From assembly GCA_030390025.1 (NCBI GenBank), contig CM059432.1, forward strand, positions 74,586,001 through 74,650,000: a DNA stretch of 64,000 bases, read 5' to 3'. The position numbers were made by a program, and so were the translations under genes. Shown piece by piece: positions 9,348 through 22,270 of this stretch; within the stretch, counting starts at the first letter, position 1, and every line of letters begins with the position of its first letter. Source of the stretch: Squalus acanthias (Eukaryota). Under the pieces are notes generated by a model. It did not search any database, was not told where the DNA came from, and saw only the letters and a program-made list of their open reading frames with translations.

Positions 9348-11107
9348 CTGTGTTTGGGAAGACTAGGATAGAATAATGGCATTAGGCAGACAGAGTGGAG
9401 AGAGTAAAGGTGAGATCTTATGGCATCTATGGCCAGATTAGTTGTGATGACTGCCTGACTGATACAAGTTCATTCCAGCCTGGTCCTTTCAAGAAACATT
9501 TTCTTTAATTGAGAGAAATGTAAATACTAAAAGCCAACGCCTGGCTCTTTGTACCATTAGATTTAACAGAGCAGATTCAGGAGATACTGCTTTAGCAACC
9601 AAAAGAATATAGAAAATAATATCGGTAGTTTCTAGCTTTCTGTCATTGCTGAGAACATTCAATGTTGCATCTTGGTAATAGTTTTTAGCCAATAGAAAAT
9701 TATAGAAATCTTAGGAGTAGAAAGCAGCAGTGAGTGTTTATCCTTTGCTGACTGGTATAAATCTTAATTTCTTCGTATTCTCAGATTCATTATTAGAGGG
9801 CCAATATTGACATTACATCAGGTGAATATCAATGTTGTTTTCCTTTGTTGTCTAAGCTGACTTTAGGATTGTTTGTCCTGCCAAGTGGATGCTGACGTAG
9901 AATTTCTGTTCAGTGCAATAAACCAGATAAAATAAAAGACAGGCTACTTGAAAGCGAACACTTTACTGCGTGAGGCACTTGATCAGACTGAGTAGAAGTT
10001 TTACAACTTCAAACCCTCCAAGGACTTCATCAAAGCGTGCCAGTCTCATGGTGAATATTACATTGCTGTGAATAGTAGACTGTGGGTTAGATTTTGTGAC
10101 CCGGTGGGAATCTTTAGTGCCTGCCACACTATAGTTATTTGGAAATCTCTTACTTTGCCTAGTGCAATCAATTGCTCTTTAATTTTTAAAACTCCCTGTG
10201 CTGCCTTAGCAATGCTGGATGTCCTGAGCGCAGCATTTCTAAGGTATTGATGATGGGAAATACGTTGATGATATATTCCCGTCATTAACCTATCATTTGC
10301 ATATGCTAGCCCAAGGCAGCAAGGCTGCAATGCAGACTTTTGTAGTACTTTAGGACTAATGGTGGGCTTTGATAACAAAGCACAGAATTAAAACTATTGC
10401 CAAGCTTATTTCCCAATATATTTGCTGCTAATCTTCAATTTTTTTATTGTCTTACAAGAACTATAGACATTACATCATTTTCTACATGCTGCTGGCAGGC
10501 AGTTGGTGCAGTTCCCAAAATTGGGCCCGACTACATGCAACCAATTTGTAGGGCGGACAACTTTCTGATGGGCAATTTCAGGACATAGACTAAGGCTGTA
10601 TTACTGGCAGGCACGGCCTCATTTTAATACAGTATTTGAATCTGTTGATTAAAAGTCCCTCACCAAATTTTGTGTCTTCGGGCAAGGCTCTGGCCAGAGT
10701 GGGAACCTCACCCATAAAATGGGGTGCAGGGAGTCCCGGGACCTAACCTGTTCAAGTAAGCATCTTAAAGCAAAATGGTAGTTTCTGTTCATGGTCATTT
10801 TTTGAGATGTTTTGCATTTTTATATATGTCCTGCTGCATTTTTCTCCATGCTTTAGGTACTTCTACTGCATAGTTCTCCATTTTGGCAATTTTGTTTTTC
10901 CGCCCATACTTTGTATCATTGTTTTTGGTTGTTGCTGCCGTTGAAATTGCACCGTGCAAAGAGGTGTGGGTGGCTATTCCTTGGGGGATTAAGAACGAAT
11001 TGTATAATTGAGCTGAGGAAGAGGAGTTCAGAAGAATCCAAGAAATACAGGTGCAATGACACCTGAGGCATTTTGGCCATGCCATTCACTTCCGTGGGAC
11101 CAGTATT

Positions 11108-12150
11108 TATGGCCTTTGTGAACAGAAAGGGTGGTATCTGACCACAGTAACGTCATCATGAAAATCAGTGGCTTTTATCTATAAAGCAGCCATCATGCGT
11201 TCATTGTGCAGCAGTCCATAGTAACCACATTAAGTACCTGGTTATGTCAGAGGCCACAGAATTGTGCCATCTGCTGCACAATCACCTGCAGGCAACATCT
11301 GGATGACACTTACCATAGCAGTGAAAGTTACCATAGCATGAAGTTTTCATGCTACTCATCCTTTCAAGTCATCTCAGGAGACATATGCCACATCAGGCAA
11401 TCTGCAGTGCACAAGTAGGAAGCAATTCCTGTGAAAAGGAGGCATCAGCTGGACATGGCGCACATCTTTCACTGGATGGCAAGATTCACTCAAGTGCAAA
11501 GAGCTGTACATGGTACCCATGCATGCATCAAACCTCTTCACATCAACCCTATGGCCTTTGTGAATAGAAAGGGTTCCAGTGGTATCTGACCACAGAAACA
11601 TCATCAGGACTGTCAGTGGCTTTTAGCTATAAAGCAGCCATTGTGTGTTCATTGTGCAGCAGTCCATGGTACCCACATTATTTGAAGGAGAATGAACATT
11701 GGGTACATGACTGTTAGGAGTATGGGGCTATCCTCTCCATCCTTGGCTGCCACTTGCACTTTAAAGAAAAGTGTGCCATGTAGTTTAGGCACAATGGAAG
11801 AGTGTGTGCTAAAGGGCAATGGTTGTGTATGTTGCTTCAAATGGCAAATCCAAGAGGGCGTAGCAGTTCCCAACTTAAGTTTATGTCATGTTTGATTGGC
11901 CCTATAAGAAATGAGTGCAAAAGTGTGGAGCACATTTACCTTCACCTTTCTCCTGAGACCAGCACACATCTTCATGTAACTGCATTTCCAAGTTGATGAC
12001 CTCCCTCTATACACCTTGCACCTGTTGTTTTACTGGAGGGCAGCCTTTTGCTCCAAATAAGGCCGCCTTCCTTGGTGCACCTCCTGCAGCAGCATTCCTA
12101 ACTCTAGAGCATCAAAGTGAGCAGTGTTCCCCACTTATCTCCACTGGGTA
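11108..12150. mobile_element. Old Harbinger relic (transposase on +, Myb/SANT on -)
   Basis: + strand SFQVISGDICHIRQSAVHK and AFVNRKG...VVSDH match the transposase at 62637; - strand LELGMLLQEV resembles the Myb/SANT start. Confidence 0.6.
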
Positions 12151-12544
12151 ATTTTCTGCCACCATCGCAACGTCCTCTTTAAGAGTCTGTGCCTCGACAG
12201 AATCTGTGCACCCAGCCAAGTGCACTACAGACCAAGCTCTCTGGGCAAGCTTATATTTGTCAGTAGCATATTCAAATTAGGAGTAAGGACTCCCATTGTG
12301 AAATTTAGCAAGGCCAGCCTTCTGTGCCTGCACCATGGATCAGGTCAATCCTACTTTGCCTGTCTTCAAAATCGAGGCTAAAGTGTTTAAATTTGTGTCA
12401 AATGAACAGACAGTGAAGAATACAGATTAGCAGCAAAAGGTCTCCAAGAAAAAAATGCAGGAACTCTTTATCTATCTACCACTTTGAAGGGTGGGATTGC
12501 CTCCTGTTCACTTGAGTACCGTAAATTTTAACTACACGGGCTTC

Positions 12545-12920
12545 AACAACTACAACAACAACTTGCATTTATATAATGCCTTTAATGTAGTAAAAATGTC
12601 CCAAGGTGCCTCACAGGAGCGTTATCAGACAAAATTTGACACTGAGCCACATAAAGAGCTATTAGGACTGGTGACCAATAGCTTGGTCAAAGATGTAGGT
12701 TTTAAGCAGCGACTTAAAGGAGGAAAGAAAGGTAGAGAGCCGGAGAAGTTTAGGGAGGGAGTTCCAGAGCTTAGGGCCTAGGCAGCTGAAGGCACAACTG
12801 CCAATTGCGAAGTAATGAAAATTGGGGATGTGCAAGAGACCAGAATTGAAGGGGCACAGGGATCTTGGAGGGTTGTAGGGCTGGAGGAGGTTACAGAGAT
12901 AGGGAGAGGTGAGGCCATGG
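12545..12920 (-). mobile_element. L2 LINE 3' end
   Basis: (caa)n tail; homologous to 35900-36250. Confidence 0.8.
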
Positions 12921-13065
12921 CTTCCCTCACTAATTCATAGGGAAATGCACTGCATGGTGGCATACTGAACCATGCAACCAAGATTCAATTCCTGGGTTCA
13001 ATTCCCTAGCCCATGCTGAGCTTACTTCACTCTCCAATTTTCTCCTCTGCTCCTCTGAAGACACT

Positions 13066-13253
13066 GGCCCTAGATTTCCGTGGGAGTTCTCCTGGTCTCC
13101 ACCATAACTTTGGTGGGAGACTAGTGGAACCCCTAACGAAATGGCATAGACGGCCAATTTTAGCTGTTTACACTGTTTCTCTAGGGGTTCCGCCCATCTC
13201 CCACTGAATTTATAGCAGGAGACCGGAAGAAACCCCCATGAAATTTCAGAGGC
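13066..13253. mobile_element. Palindromic MITE with 3-bp TSD (ACT)
   Basis: Long imperfect hairpin (GGAACCCCTA/TAGGGGTTCC, GGTCTCC/GGAGACC), flanked by act on both sides. Confidence 0.7.
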
Positions 13254-14725
13254 ACTGGCTCATGCTGTGACAAGGTTCAATGGGCAGCAGCCATCCTCTG
13301 GTACTTCACCAAGTGACCATGCTTCAAATTGGAGCCTGGACAGTGAGTACAGGTAGGGGTATCACGGCTGAGCTGAATCCTCTCCTCACCCAATATACTT
13401 ACATACACACTTACCAGCAAGGATCACTGGGCAGCAATCAGAAGGGAAAATATTACCTGTTCTAACCTTTCCCTATCTCTGGCGCATTCCCATATTAGCT
13501 CTGCTTTGTGCCACCTGCAAAGTAGAAGGAAATCAGCCTGAGAACCTTCCTGGGCTGTAGTCAGTTCACATTAGGCAGTGCAGTTAATACACGGTTGTGT
13601 TTATTTGCAACACCAGATTTCTGATTGGTGGTGTCGGGGCTTCTGTGTCCTTCTGCGCATGCACTGTTCTGGTGGGGGTGGGATGTTGTTTAGGCCCCGT
13701 CCCCCATACGGGCACATGCACAGAAGGACGCAGAAGACTGTGCAAATAATCACAGTGCTTAACACACAGACCTATTAAGACCACCTCCATGTCAAGTTTA
13801 GACAAGCTCAGCTGGGGCAGCGTTATGATTGGCCTCAGTGCCAGTGAGCTAGGAAGGGGAGAAATTGGCCACTGTTCTTGCTCCTGACAACTACCCAGCA
13901 AACACTGCTGTAAACCGTTTGCATGAACATTAAGGGTGAGAAACATTGGCTTGGTTGAGAAGCTCCCATGGTTGAATAATTAACTGAGGCTCACTCTCCA
14001 TGCTCACACGTTAATAAAGGCTATTTGATTGAGGCACTGGAAGACTGACAGCATTTGTAGAACTGTACCCCAGCATGAATAATTTGCTTTGGCAGAGAAC
14101 ATGTAAAGAGAAAGATGGGGGACAGGGGAACAGCCTCTCTAAGTTACGTGGACCTCATAATATATAACTCATGGGCTCGGTTTATCTATAGTGGCATGGG
14201 TTTTGTAAGATATAACTACAAGGCCCTAGCCTATCCTATAACAACAAAGTGAAAATAAATTAACTGACTTGTCAAAAAGCTTTTTGTTACCAATCAATCA
14301 AGTGCTGAGAAACTCGGATGGATGAAACCATTTTCCGTTGTTTGGGATTAATAGTTGGCAGATAGTGAATAGGCTCTGACTGCACAGCTGCAAGTGTGAT
14401 GGTCATTTTGAATATTGTTGGCTCTGCATGGTATTGATATGTAAATTGCTTGATAGTGTGGTTTTGTATGCGTGGATGTGGTGTGCAAAGATTAACCCTT
14501 GGAGGATTGCAGGGGAATCTGTCCACCAAAATACAAAATAGAATACAGAATGTAAAACATCAGACAATCAGAGACCTGATTAAAGCTTTACTATTGAAGC
14601 ACAGAATTCCAATGTAGAAAAGTGTTGACTTATATTGTCTAGCATTTCTGATCTATAACGGGAAAATGCAGATTTAAGCATAAACTGTCCCCCAATGTCT
14701 ATATTTTAAAGCTAATGCACATAAA

Positions 14726-15095
14726 AGGTCCGATTTTAACCCGCTTGCCTGGCAGGAACGGGACGGTGGGGGAGGGGTTACAATGGCGGTTGAGCATTAC
14801 TCACTGCATTCCTGATGCTTTCGTGTCCGCCCCCATTTTAAATCCCAGGCAGGCGATGGCCTCATTAATATTTAAATTTCAAGGTCCGATGACGCCATTC
14901 GGACCCTCTGGATGGCGGCTGCGATACCCGGTGCCAGAGCCACCAATGAAAGCTGGTAGCAGGCAGGATCATGGCCAGAAGAGACTCAGAAAGATGATCA
15001 GAAATGCTCCTCCTGGCCCCACAAAGAAACCTTGGGCCTCCCCTGCCCCTGGTTACAATCGGCCCTTAAGTGCTGGTACTCGATCCATTGCCTAG
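14726..15095. mobile_element. MITE fragment
   Basis: Begins GGTCCGATTTTAAC; GC-rich; related to 8925-9347. Confidence 0.4.
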
Positions 15096-15589
15096 AAGCT
15101 CTTACAGATGGTAAGATATTAGTTTTATCACTTTGTTTTTGGCGTGTTCTGTTTTTTTGTTTACAGGCTGAGTCACTGAATAAATGTTTAAATTGAATGT
15201 GATTTTAAGAAACTTGGAGACTAATCTGGAGTTTATGGAACTAATGACCCAAATATAATGTTTATTGGCAGAGTATTATGCATTTGTCAGGATTCAAGTG
15301 CATCCAGAAAATAGAGTAAATTAGGAAGATGCTGCACTTTTTATTTTCATTCTAGCTTTGTTGGTATTACTATCTGAAGATTGTGATGAATCGTAGAATA
15401 TATTTTATCAAGATATCTGTTGTGAAAATACACATTTTATGTATATTTATGTTTCAGTTTTCAAACACTACAACGTGCTTGCAGTAACACAAATATGGAG
15501 TGAGTGTTGGCTAAGTGGTGGTATTCTCACCTCTGAGTTGGAAGGCTATGGGTTCAAGCCCCACTCCAGACAGCTCCAGCGAGCAGAGA

Positions 15590-15815
15590 CAAGGGACTGC
15601 GTTGAGTTCCAGCAGGGCACTTGTGTCCGATGAGAGTGGAGTGGTGACCCTCCCCCCACATCGTATTTAGCTGGTCTCTCTGGTAGAGAGTCGTGAGTCA
15701 GGCTAATGAGCTGTCCACATAAAAAAGGCCTTTGTTATGGAAACAACCCAGAGCACGATCTGCTGGATTTGGAAGAAATGGGTTGCCTCATGTGCTACCA
15801 GGCACGGAACAGAAA
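15590..15815 (+). mobile_element. Short interspersed repeat, possibly RTE-derived non-autonomous
   Basis: Homologous to 30420-30630 (GAGTCAGGCTAA...CACATAAAAA...GCCTCA..TGCTA..AGGCA.GGAA). Confidence 0.55.
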
Positions 15816-16879
15816 GAATAACACAAATATAAAAGGCTGTTAAAGGGAAACTAATCTTTGTCAGATATGTATGTGCATGTTTAGCTGCAGTTCTATGTTG
15901 CTATGGACAATACAATCAGTGAACTTAAAATTGCTTGCAAGAATCTCTGTACAACAATTTAAATGGAACAGATGTGCTGATATTGATGTGGGCTAAGGGG
16001 CATCCCTCAGTATCGATAAAGAGGCAGAACAAGCAATGTTCTTTTTGGTTTCTTTTTCCTTTCCTTGCCTCCTCTCTTAAAAACACTGAGGGTGATTATT
16101 TTCTCCCTACCACCCCGTTTGCACTTCAAAATGGGCTAGTAGAGAGACCAAAATATCATGACTGATTGAAGTGCCAACATTGCTTAGTGGCCCCTTGTTC
16201 TGATTTTGGGGCAGATCTCAATCTAGGCAGCCAGAGCTCCTATTGGAATCATTTGGTACTGGTCTCATTCATATTTGTAGCAGCCACAGTTCTGGCTTTA
16301 ATCTGTAACCATGAGATCGACAATGTCCACTTAGGATGTTACGACCCGTTTGGAAAGACTTTCTACGTCGGGTTTCAGCAGTGATTGCTCTCTAACACGC
16401 AGGTTTCCTTTGTTCTTGGAATTCAACACATTTCAGACACTTGAATAATGTTAATTGGTGTCAGATGTAGGTGTGACCCCCCAAGGCAATTTTAATCTGG
16501 CCCCCAGAATGCCGCCAGTCCCTGCTCCCACCCTTCTAACATGAGCAGTAAAGTTCAGGAGGTGGCCATTTTGAACGTCCTTTAAGGAGATCCTCAGCTG
16601 CAATCAGGGTAAGCTGGATGCAGGTTTGGCAAACTTCTTTTGCCAGTCGCTTGTGAATTTTGAGGCTTCCACATTTAATGTCCTAGTTGCTCTAGGTGCT
16701 GCAAGGATTTTGCTTGCTCATCAAAACTGGCACTTCCATTCACTCCCGATGCTTCCACTCACCCCATTGAACAGCTGCTACTGACCCTTCAAAAGCAGTC
16801 ACCCTGCTGGATTTCCTGCCCCCAGAGCGCAAGGTGTCTATAGGAAATGCCTTTTACACTGGCAGCTCACCGAATTAAT

Positions 16880-17012
16880 GTGCGCAAATTGGCTGTCTCG
16901 TTTCCTACATTACAACAGTGACTACACTTCAAAAGTATTTCAGTGGCTGTAACACGCTTTGGGATGTCCTGAGGTCATGGAAAGCGCTATATAAATGCAA
17001 GTTCTTTCTTTT
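16880..17012 (+). mobile_element. SINE 3' half (same family as 482-905)
   Basis: Tail ...GCGCTATATAAATGCAAGTTCTTTCTTT. Confidence 0.7.
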
Positions 17013-17889
17013 TCAGGTGTGGATCTTTTGGGAATCTGCCTGCTTTTTTCCCTCCTAGTCCAAGGACGCTGTGGTTAATTGTAGAGCCCAACCACTACTG
17101 GATGTGTTTTTATATGGAATAGAACAAGGCAATATTTGGATCATTACTTTAATCTTCTTTGAAATGTCAACAAATAAATTAATGAAGGATTTCCAGTCCT
17201 CACATCCACCTGTCTTTATGTGTATTCTGTTACATGGTGAAACGTTACATATTAAAGAAGTAATATTTACAGTAGCACCATGTATTGGCAATTAATGTTG
17301 CAAAACCAAAATAATGATTATATTTTAATAAGATGATCCCACTGAGACCCATTTAGTCCTTCACTATTAAGGATAGCATTTTTCAGCTACAAATTACTAA
17401 ATCATTGATAGTGACATTGCAGTTAAGTGTTTTTCAACAAGGAAAAACAAGCCATGGATATCTTTTGGAAATTGTTCATCTTAGTGCTGTTACCTGCTTT
17501 TTCCTAATTTATCTTTGAAATTGAATAAACATTGTTTATGTCTCCTGAGGAATAGGTTGGATGTAATGCTTCATCTGTAATAATTTAGGTGTAAAAATCC
17601 ACTTCTGTGCACAGAAGGAACAAATATAACAAAACTGCTATATAAATCCCAGCTTCATCGAAGAGATGGCTTTTGAAAAAGATGTTTAAAAGGCAAGGGA
17701 GACGTTTGGGAAAGCAATTCCAGAGAGGCGACTGATGGTTTTGCCACCAACGGTGAGGCAAAGGGACAGTGGGATGTACAAAAGACAAGAGTCAGACTAA
17801 TGGAGTGCTTGAGATGGGAAATGGGGCAGGTGGGGACTGCAGAAAAAGGATGGGGCAAGGCCCCTGAGCGATTTAAAGACAAGGACAAT

Positions 17890-18648
17890 GGGCTAGAAAT
17901 TGCATAGCGCCCTGTTTGGGGCAATAACTTTTGCGGGAGTGCAAAAGTATCGGCGGGCGCTACACAATTGATTCCGACGGGAACTTCCGGTTTAGCGCTC
18001 CAAGAGGGAAGTGAAGCGCTAAATCAAGCTCTACCACTTCCTTTAGAGCGCTAAAGGGAGCGAGAGGGGCGGTAGCAGCAGAGTGCTGCACAATGTCCTG
18101 TGCAGCACTGCCGGTTTTTCAGGCTCCTTCCCTCCCTTAAAGGGAAGGGCCATTGCTGCGGTCATTGAAGGCTAAGGCTGGGAATGGTCATCGACGGCAC
18201 CCGCGATACGCGCATAGCAGCCCCAAGCACTCTAAGAGAGTGCAGGGCTGATCAATCGCGGGCTGGAAAAAAATCAAAATACAGCACACTGGGGACATTA
18301 TTCAATTTTGGCCTACCTGACCACCACTGCCTTTAATTAGCGCTCCCCAAGCAGCCAGCCGAGGTGACAACGCCTCCTGCAGCTGCCGTTGTTGACGCCC
18401 GGTGATGCTGCAGGGGGCAGAAGTGAATTTTACATCTGGGGCGATAACGGGACGCTGCGCACCGGATGACATCACAATCTCCAGGGCGCAGGAGATCGAG
18501 ACGGTAAGTTTTAGTGCCAGCGCTAACCTGCCATGGAAGTTCACGGGCGTCGGTAATTTCGCCATGCCTGGTTGGTAAGCCCTTAGAACCCCGTTATCGC
18601 CCCCCGGAGGTGCTAGCGGGAGGCGCAAAGGAAGCCAATTTCTCCTGC
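17890..18648. mobile_element. Harbinger-type MITE, TSD AAT
   Basis: Ends GGGCTAGAAATTG and CAATTTCTCCTGC; aat on both sides. Confidence 0.7.
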
Positions 18649-18666
18649 AATGTTTTTGAATTTAAT

Positions 18667-19406
18667 GGCCCAGAAATTGATCTCGCTCTGTTCCCGCGGG
18701 GGTAAGGCTTTCCCGCGATCTCTCACCTCGCTTGTGCTTTTTCAGATCCAGCTCGCACGAACTTGATGTTCTAGACATCAGCTGGGCAGTGCTTGCGTAT
18801 CCCAGCGGCGTAGTGAATTCGTGCGAGCTGTGGGATCACGTGACTCAGTTAGAGCCAATGGCAGCACACCATCTTCCATTCATAAGTTTCACAGCACGGC
18901 TGTGAAATCTATGAATCTTACACCCCCCCAAAATAACAGCTAAACCTCAATTAAATTAAAAAAAACCATCACATTAATAAAATAAGTATAGTTAATTAAA
19001 TTAACCATTTTAAATAAAAAATTAAATTTTTGAAAAAATTTAAAATCTTTTAAAAAGTTATAAAAATAAACTTACCTGTCTTGAAAGTCTCTAAAAAAGA
19101 TATACCTGTTAAAAAAAATCAAAAAAATACTTAATTCACTACTTACCTTCTTAAAAGTGGGTCTTACTCCTCCTTTTTACATTTCCAAAATCTTCCGTAC
19201 TTACCTGCGCGTCCAAAGCATGAAGTGCACAGCGTGCGCGCAGCCTGTAGCGCGCACGCGATGCACCGAGGACCCGCCCCCTTTTCAGAAGAGCAATTGC
19301 CGGTTTTCAGTGCATGCGCAGGGCATGCAGAAAACCGGCAATTGGAGTGGGAATACGCGAGAGTACGCAGTGCGTACTCTCGCGTCCCGGGATCAATTTT
19401 CGGCCC
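18667..19406. mobile_element. Harbinger-type MITE, TSD AAT
   Basis: TIRs GGCCCAGAAATTGATC and GATCAATTTTCGGCCC; aat on both sides. Confidence 0.8.
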
Positions 19407-19637
19407 AATATGTTGGGGTGGGAACCAAGTGTAGATTATCAAAAATGAGGGTGATGGGCGAGCAGGACTGATTGTGCGTCAGGATACGATGGCAGATATT
19501 TGTGCAGGTTGGAGTTTATGGACGAAGGAAATCTGGGAAGGAGAGTTTTAGAGTAGCCCTATCCGGAAGTAACAAAAGCATGTATAAGGATTTCAGCAGC
19601 AATGGGGCTGAGGTAGTAGTGGAGGAAATTGCTGGAG

Positions 19638-19904
19638 TGGTAGATGCTGAGGACTTTGGGAGGGGTGGTAGATGATGAGGACTTTGGGAGGGCTGGTAGA
19701 TGATGAGGACTTTGGGAGGGGTGGTAGATGATGAGGACTTTGGGAGGGGTGGTAGATGATGAGGACTTTGGGAGGGGTGGTAGATGATGAGGACTTTGGG
19801 AGGGGTGGTAGATGATGAGGACTTTGGGAGGGGTGGTAGATGATGAGGACTTTGGGAGGGGTGGTAGATGATGAGGACTTTGGGAGGGCTGGTAGATGAT
19901 GAGG
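19638..19904. repeat. 28-bp minisatellite, ~9.5 copies
   Basis: Unit TGGTAGATGATGAGGACTTTGGGAGGGG; copies near-identical. Confidence 0.95.
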
Positions 19905-21095
19905 TGCTAAAGGAGAATGTGGTAGAGTATCAAGGGGAGAGATTGAGGTGGGACCTTGAGTTGAGAGCCCCACTGCCGCCACAATGGTTAAGGCGAATGC
20001 AGTCACCATCAGCGAGCAAGTTTTGGTCAGGCCGAGGATGTTGATAGACCTGTCCAGGATAAAGGTATGGATGACACAAGCCTTATTCAGGAAACTAAGG
20101 ACATTTTCAAGGGTGATGCGTAGTGGAAGGGTTGTAGAAAATTCGCACAGGGGATTTGAAGGGGTTGTGGGGGAAGTAGAGAGCGGGTTAGGAAGGAGAT
20201 TGGAGAAGTTTGCAGCTGGAGAGGCAGATAGGCAGAAATTGTATTGGTGGAAGGGAATACGGCAATATAGTTTGCTCCTTTGTAAAAGCCAACAGTGGGA
20301 GCTGCAGTGAGTTTGGCGGAGGATGGCTTGGATACAGCAAACAGAAGCAGTGGGTCTATCCAGGAGGGACTCAATCCTGGGTTGGCAGCAGGAAGGGAAG
20401 TCACCAGAGGCTCAGCAGGGAGAAAATCATGAATGGCAGATGAAGGGAGAAGTAGGAAGTATTGTTAACAAGAACCAAGGAGGAAGGCAGTGAGAGCAGG
20501 AGAGGAGGGCAGAGTAGGAACAGGGAGGGAGGAAAGGGAGGGTCTGGAGTGACAGCCAAAACACAGGTGAACACAGAAAAGTGGCCTTGAGCTTCATGTA
20601 CAAACCAGATGATTATGCAAGTCTGTGATCGAGCACATTGAGAGGGTCAATCAAAGTCCAAGGCATAATTCATTGCCTTGTGGGGGTCAAAAGGGAGTCG
20701 GGGTCCAACTGGTGGTTGGAGGTTTCAGGCCTGGGTACCGGGTGGCAGTCAAGGTCTGAGGCTTGGTTGATTGGCTGGCAGTGGGGATCCAGCTGATCTC
20801 ACTGGCTGATGGTCAGGTTACTTGGCAAGGGGTATAGGTGAGCAGAGCTAGAATAGAAGTGGTCAAGTATCGGACAATTTGAAGTTTGTGTAGGGTAGAT
20901 GTTGGGAAGCGAGCAAGTCGAACCTGGAGGTAATAAAGGTATGGATGAGACTTTCAAAGACAGTGGGGTGAGGTGGGGACAGAGGCAGGTCATGTTATGG
21001 AGGAGAAAATAAAGTGATCTTGATGATGGATACGATGTGGGATTTCAACTTCAGCTGAGGGTCAAACAAGACACAGGCCGTGAAATTCGGCACCT

Positions 21096-21765
21096 TAAGC
21101 AGTGTGTTCGGTGGCTCCACTTCATCAAGGAGGTGGTCACAGAACTCTGCCACCTCTTGGAACCAGACCTGCAGCCTCAGAGCAGGGCGACGACAGCGCT
21201 GCCAATGGCCCTCATGGCCTTGAATGTTTTCACCAGTGGATCCTTCCAGGCTGTAACTGGCGACATTGCCAGGATATTGGGCTTCCCCATGGTGCAGGGC
21301 GCCATCGACTGCACACACGTGACTTTGCGGGCGCCGCATATCAATGCAGAGATATACCATAACAGCAAAGGCTACCACTCACTTAATGTGCAGTTGGTGT
21401 GCGACCATGCCCAGCACATCATGATGGTGAATACCCGCTATCCTGGCAGCAGTAATGATGCCTCCATCCTGCGTCAGACCACTGTGGCAGCAATCTTTCA
21501 GCCACCACGTCAAACCCGAGGGTGGCTGCTTGGCGACAAGGGCTATCCACTCTACACCTGGCTGATGACTCCCCTCCACAACCCCACCATTCGTGGTAGG
21601 CAATCACAGAATGACAGCCATGCTGCCACGAGGAACCTCATCGAGCAGACCATTGAGGTGCTCAAGCAACAGTTCCGCTGCCTTGACCGCTCGGGAGGAG
21701 CTCTCCAGTACTCACCAGAGAGGGTCTCCTAATTTGTGGCGGTTTGCTGCGTCCTCCACAACTTA
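21096..21765 (+). pseudogene. Harbinger (HARBI1-like) DDE transposase fragment
   Basis: GFPMVQGAIDCTH, SNDASIL, LLGDKGYP and RNLIEQT motifs; deletions and a premature stop. Confidence 0.9.
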
Positions 21766-21767
21766 TA

Positions 21768-22270
21768 GGGGTATGGTAGCAGAGTGGTTATGTTACTGGA
21801 CTAGTAATCCAGAGGCTGGGACTAATAATCCAAGAGCCATGAGTTCAAATCCCATCATGGCAGCTGGGGGAATTTGAATTCAGTTAATTAAATAAATTTA
21901 GAATTAAAAGGCTGGTATCAGTAATGGTGACCATGACTCTACCGGATTGTCGGAAAAATCCAAGTGGTTCACTAATGTCCTTCAGGGAAGGAAATCTGCT
22001 GTCCTTACCTGGTCTGGCCTATATGTGACTCCAGACTCACAGCAATGTGGTTGACTCTTAACTGCCTTTTGAAATAGCCTAGCAAGCCACTCAGTTGTAC
22101 CAAACCGCTACAACAAAGTCAGCACTGTGGGAGTACCTTCACCACAAGGACTGCAGTGGTTCAAGAAGGCTGCTCATCACCACCTTCTCAAGGGCAGTTA
22201 GGGATGGGCAATAAATGCTGGCCTTGCCAGTGACGCCCACATCCCATGAGTGAATAAATTAAAAAAAAAT
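21768..22270 (+). mobile_element. tRNA-derived SINE with CR1-group LINE 3' tail, inserted in the Harbinger
   Basis: A/B-box head; TGGTTCACTAATGTCCTTCAGGGAAGG core (also near 30990); tail shared with 54890-55032 and 57220-57365; poly(A). Confidence 0.75.

Noticed and set aside
19638-19904. Possible CRISPR array or repetitive protein (ORF 19593-20009)
   Set aside because: Head-to-tail units with no spacers in a eukaryotic context; the 28-bp unit cycles through all three frames
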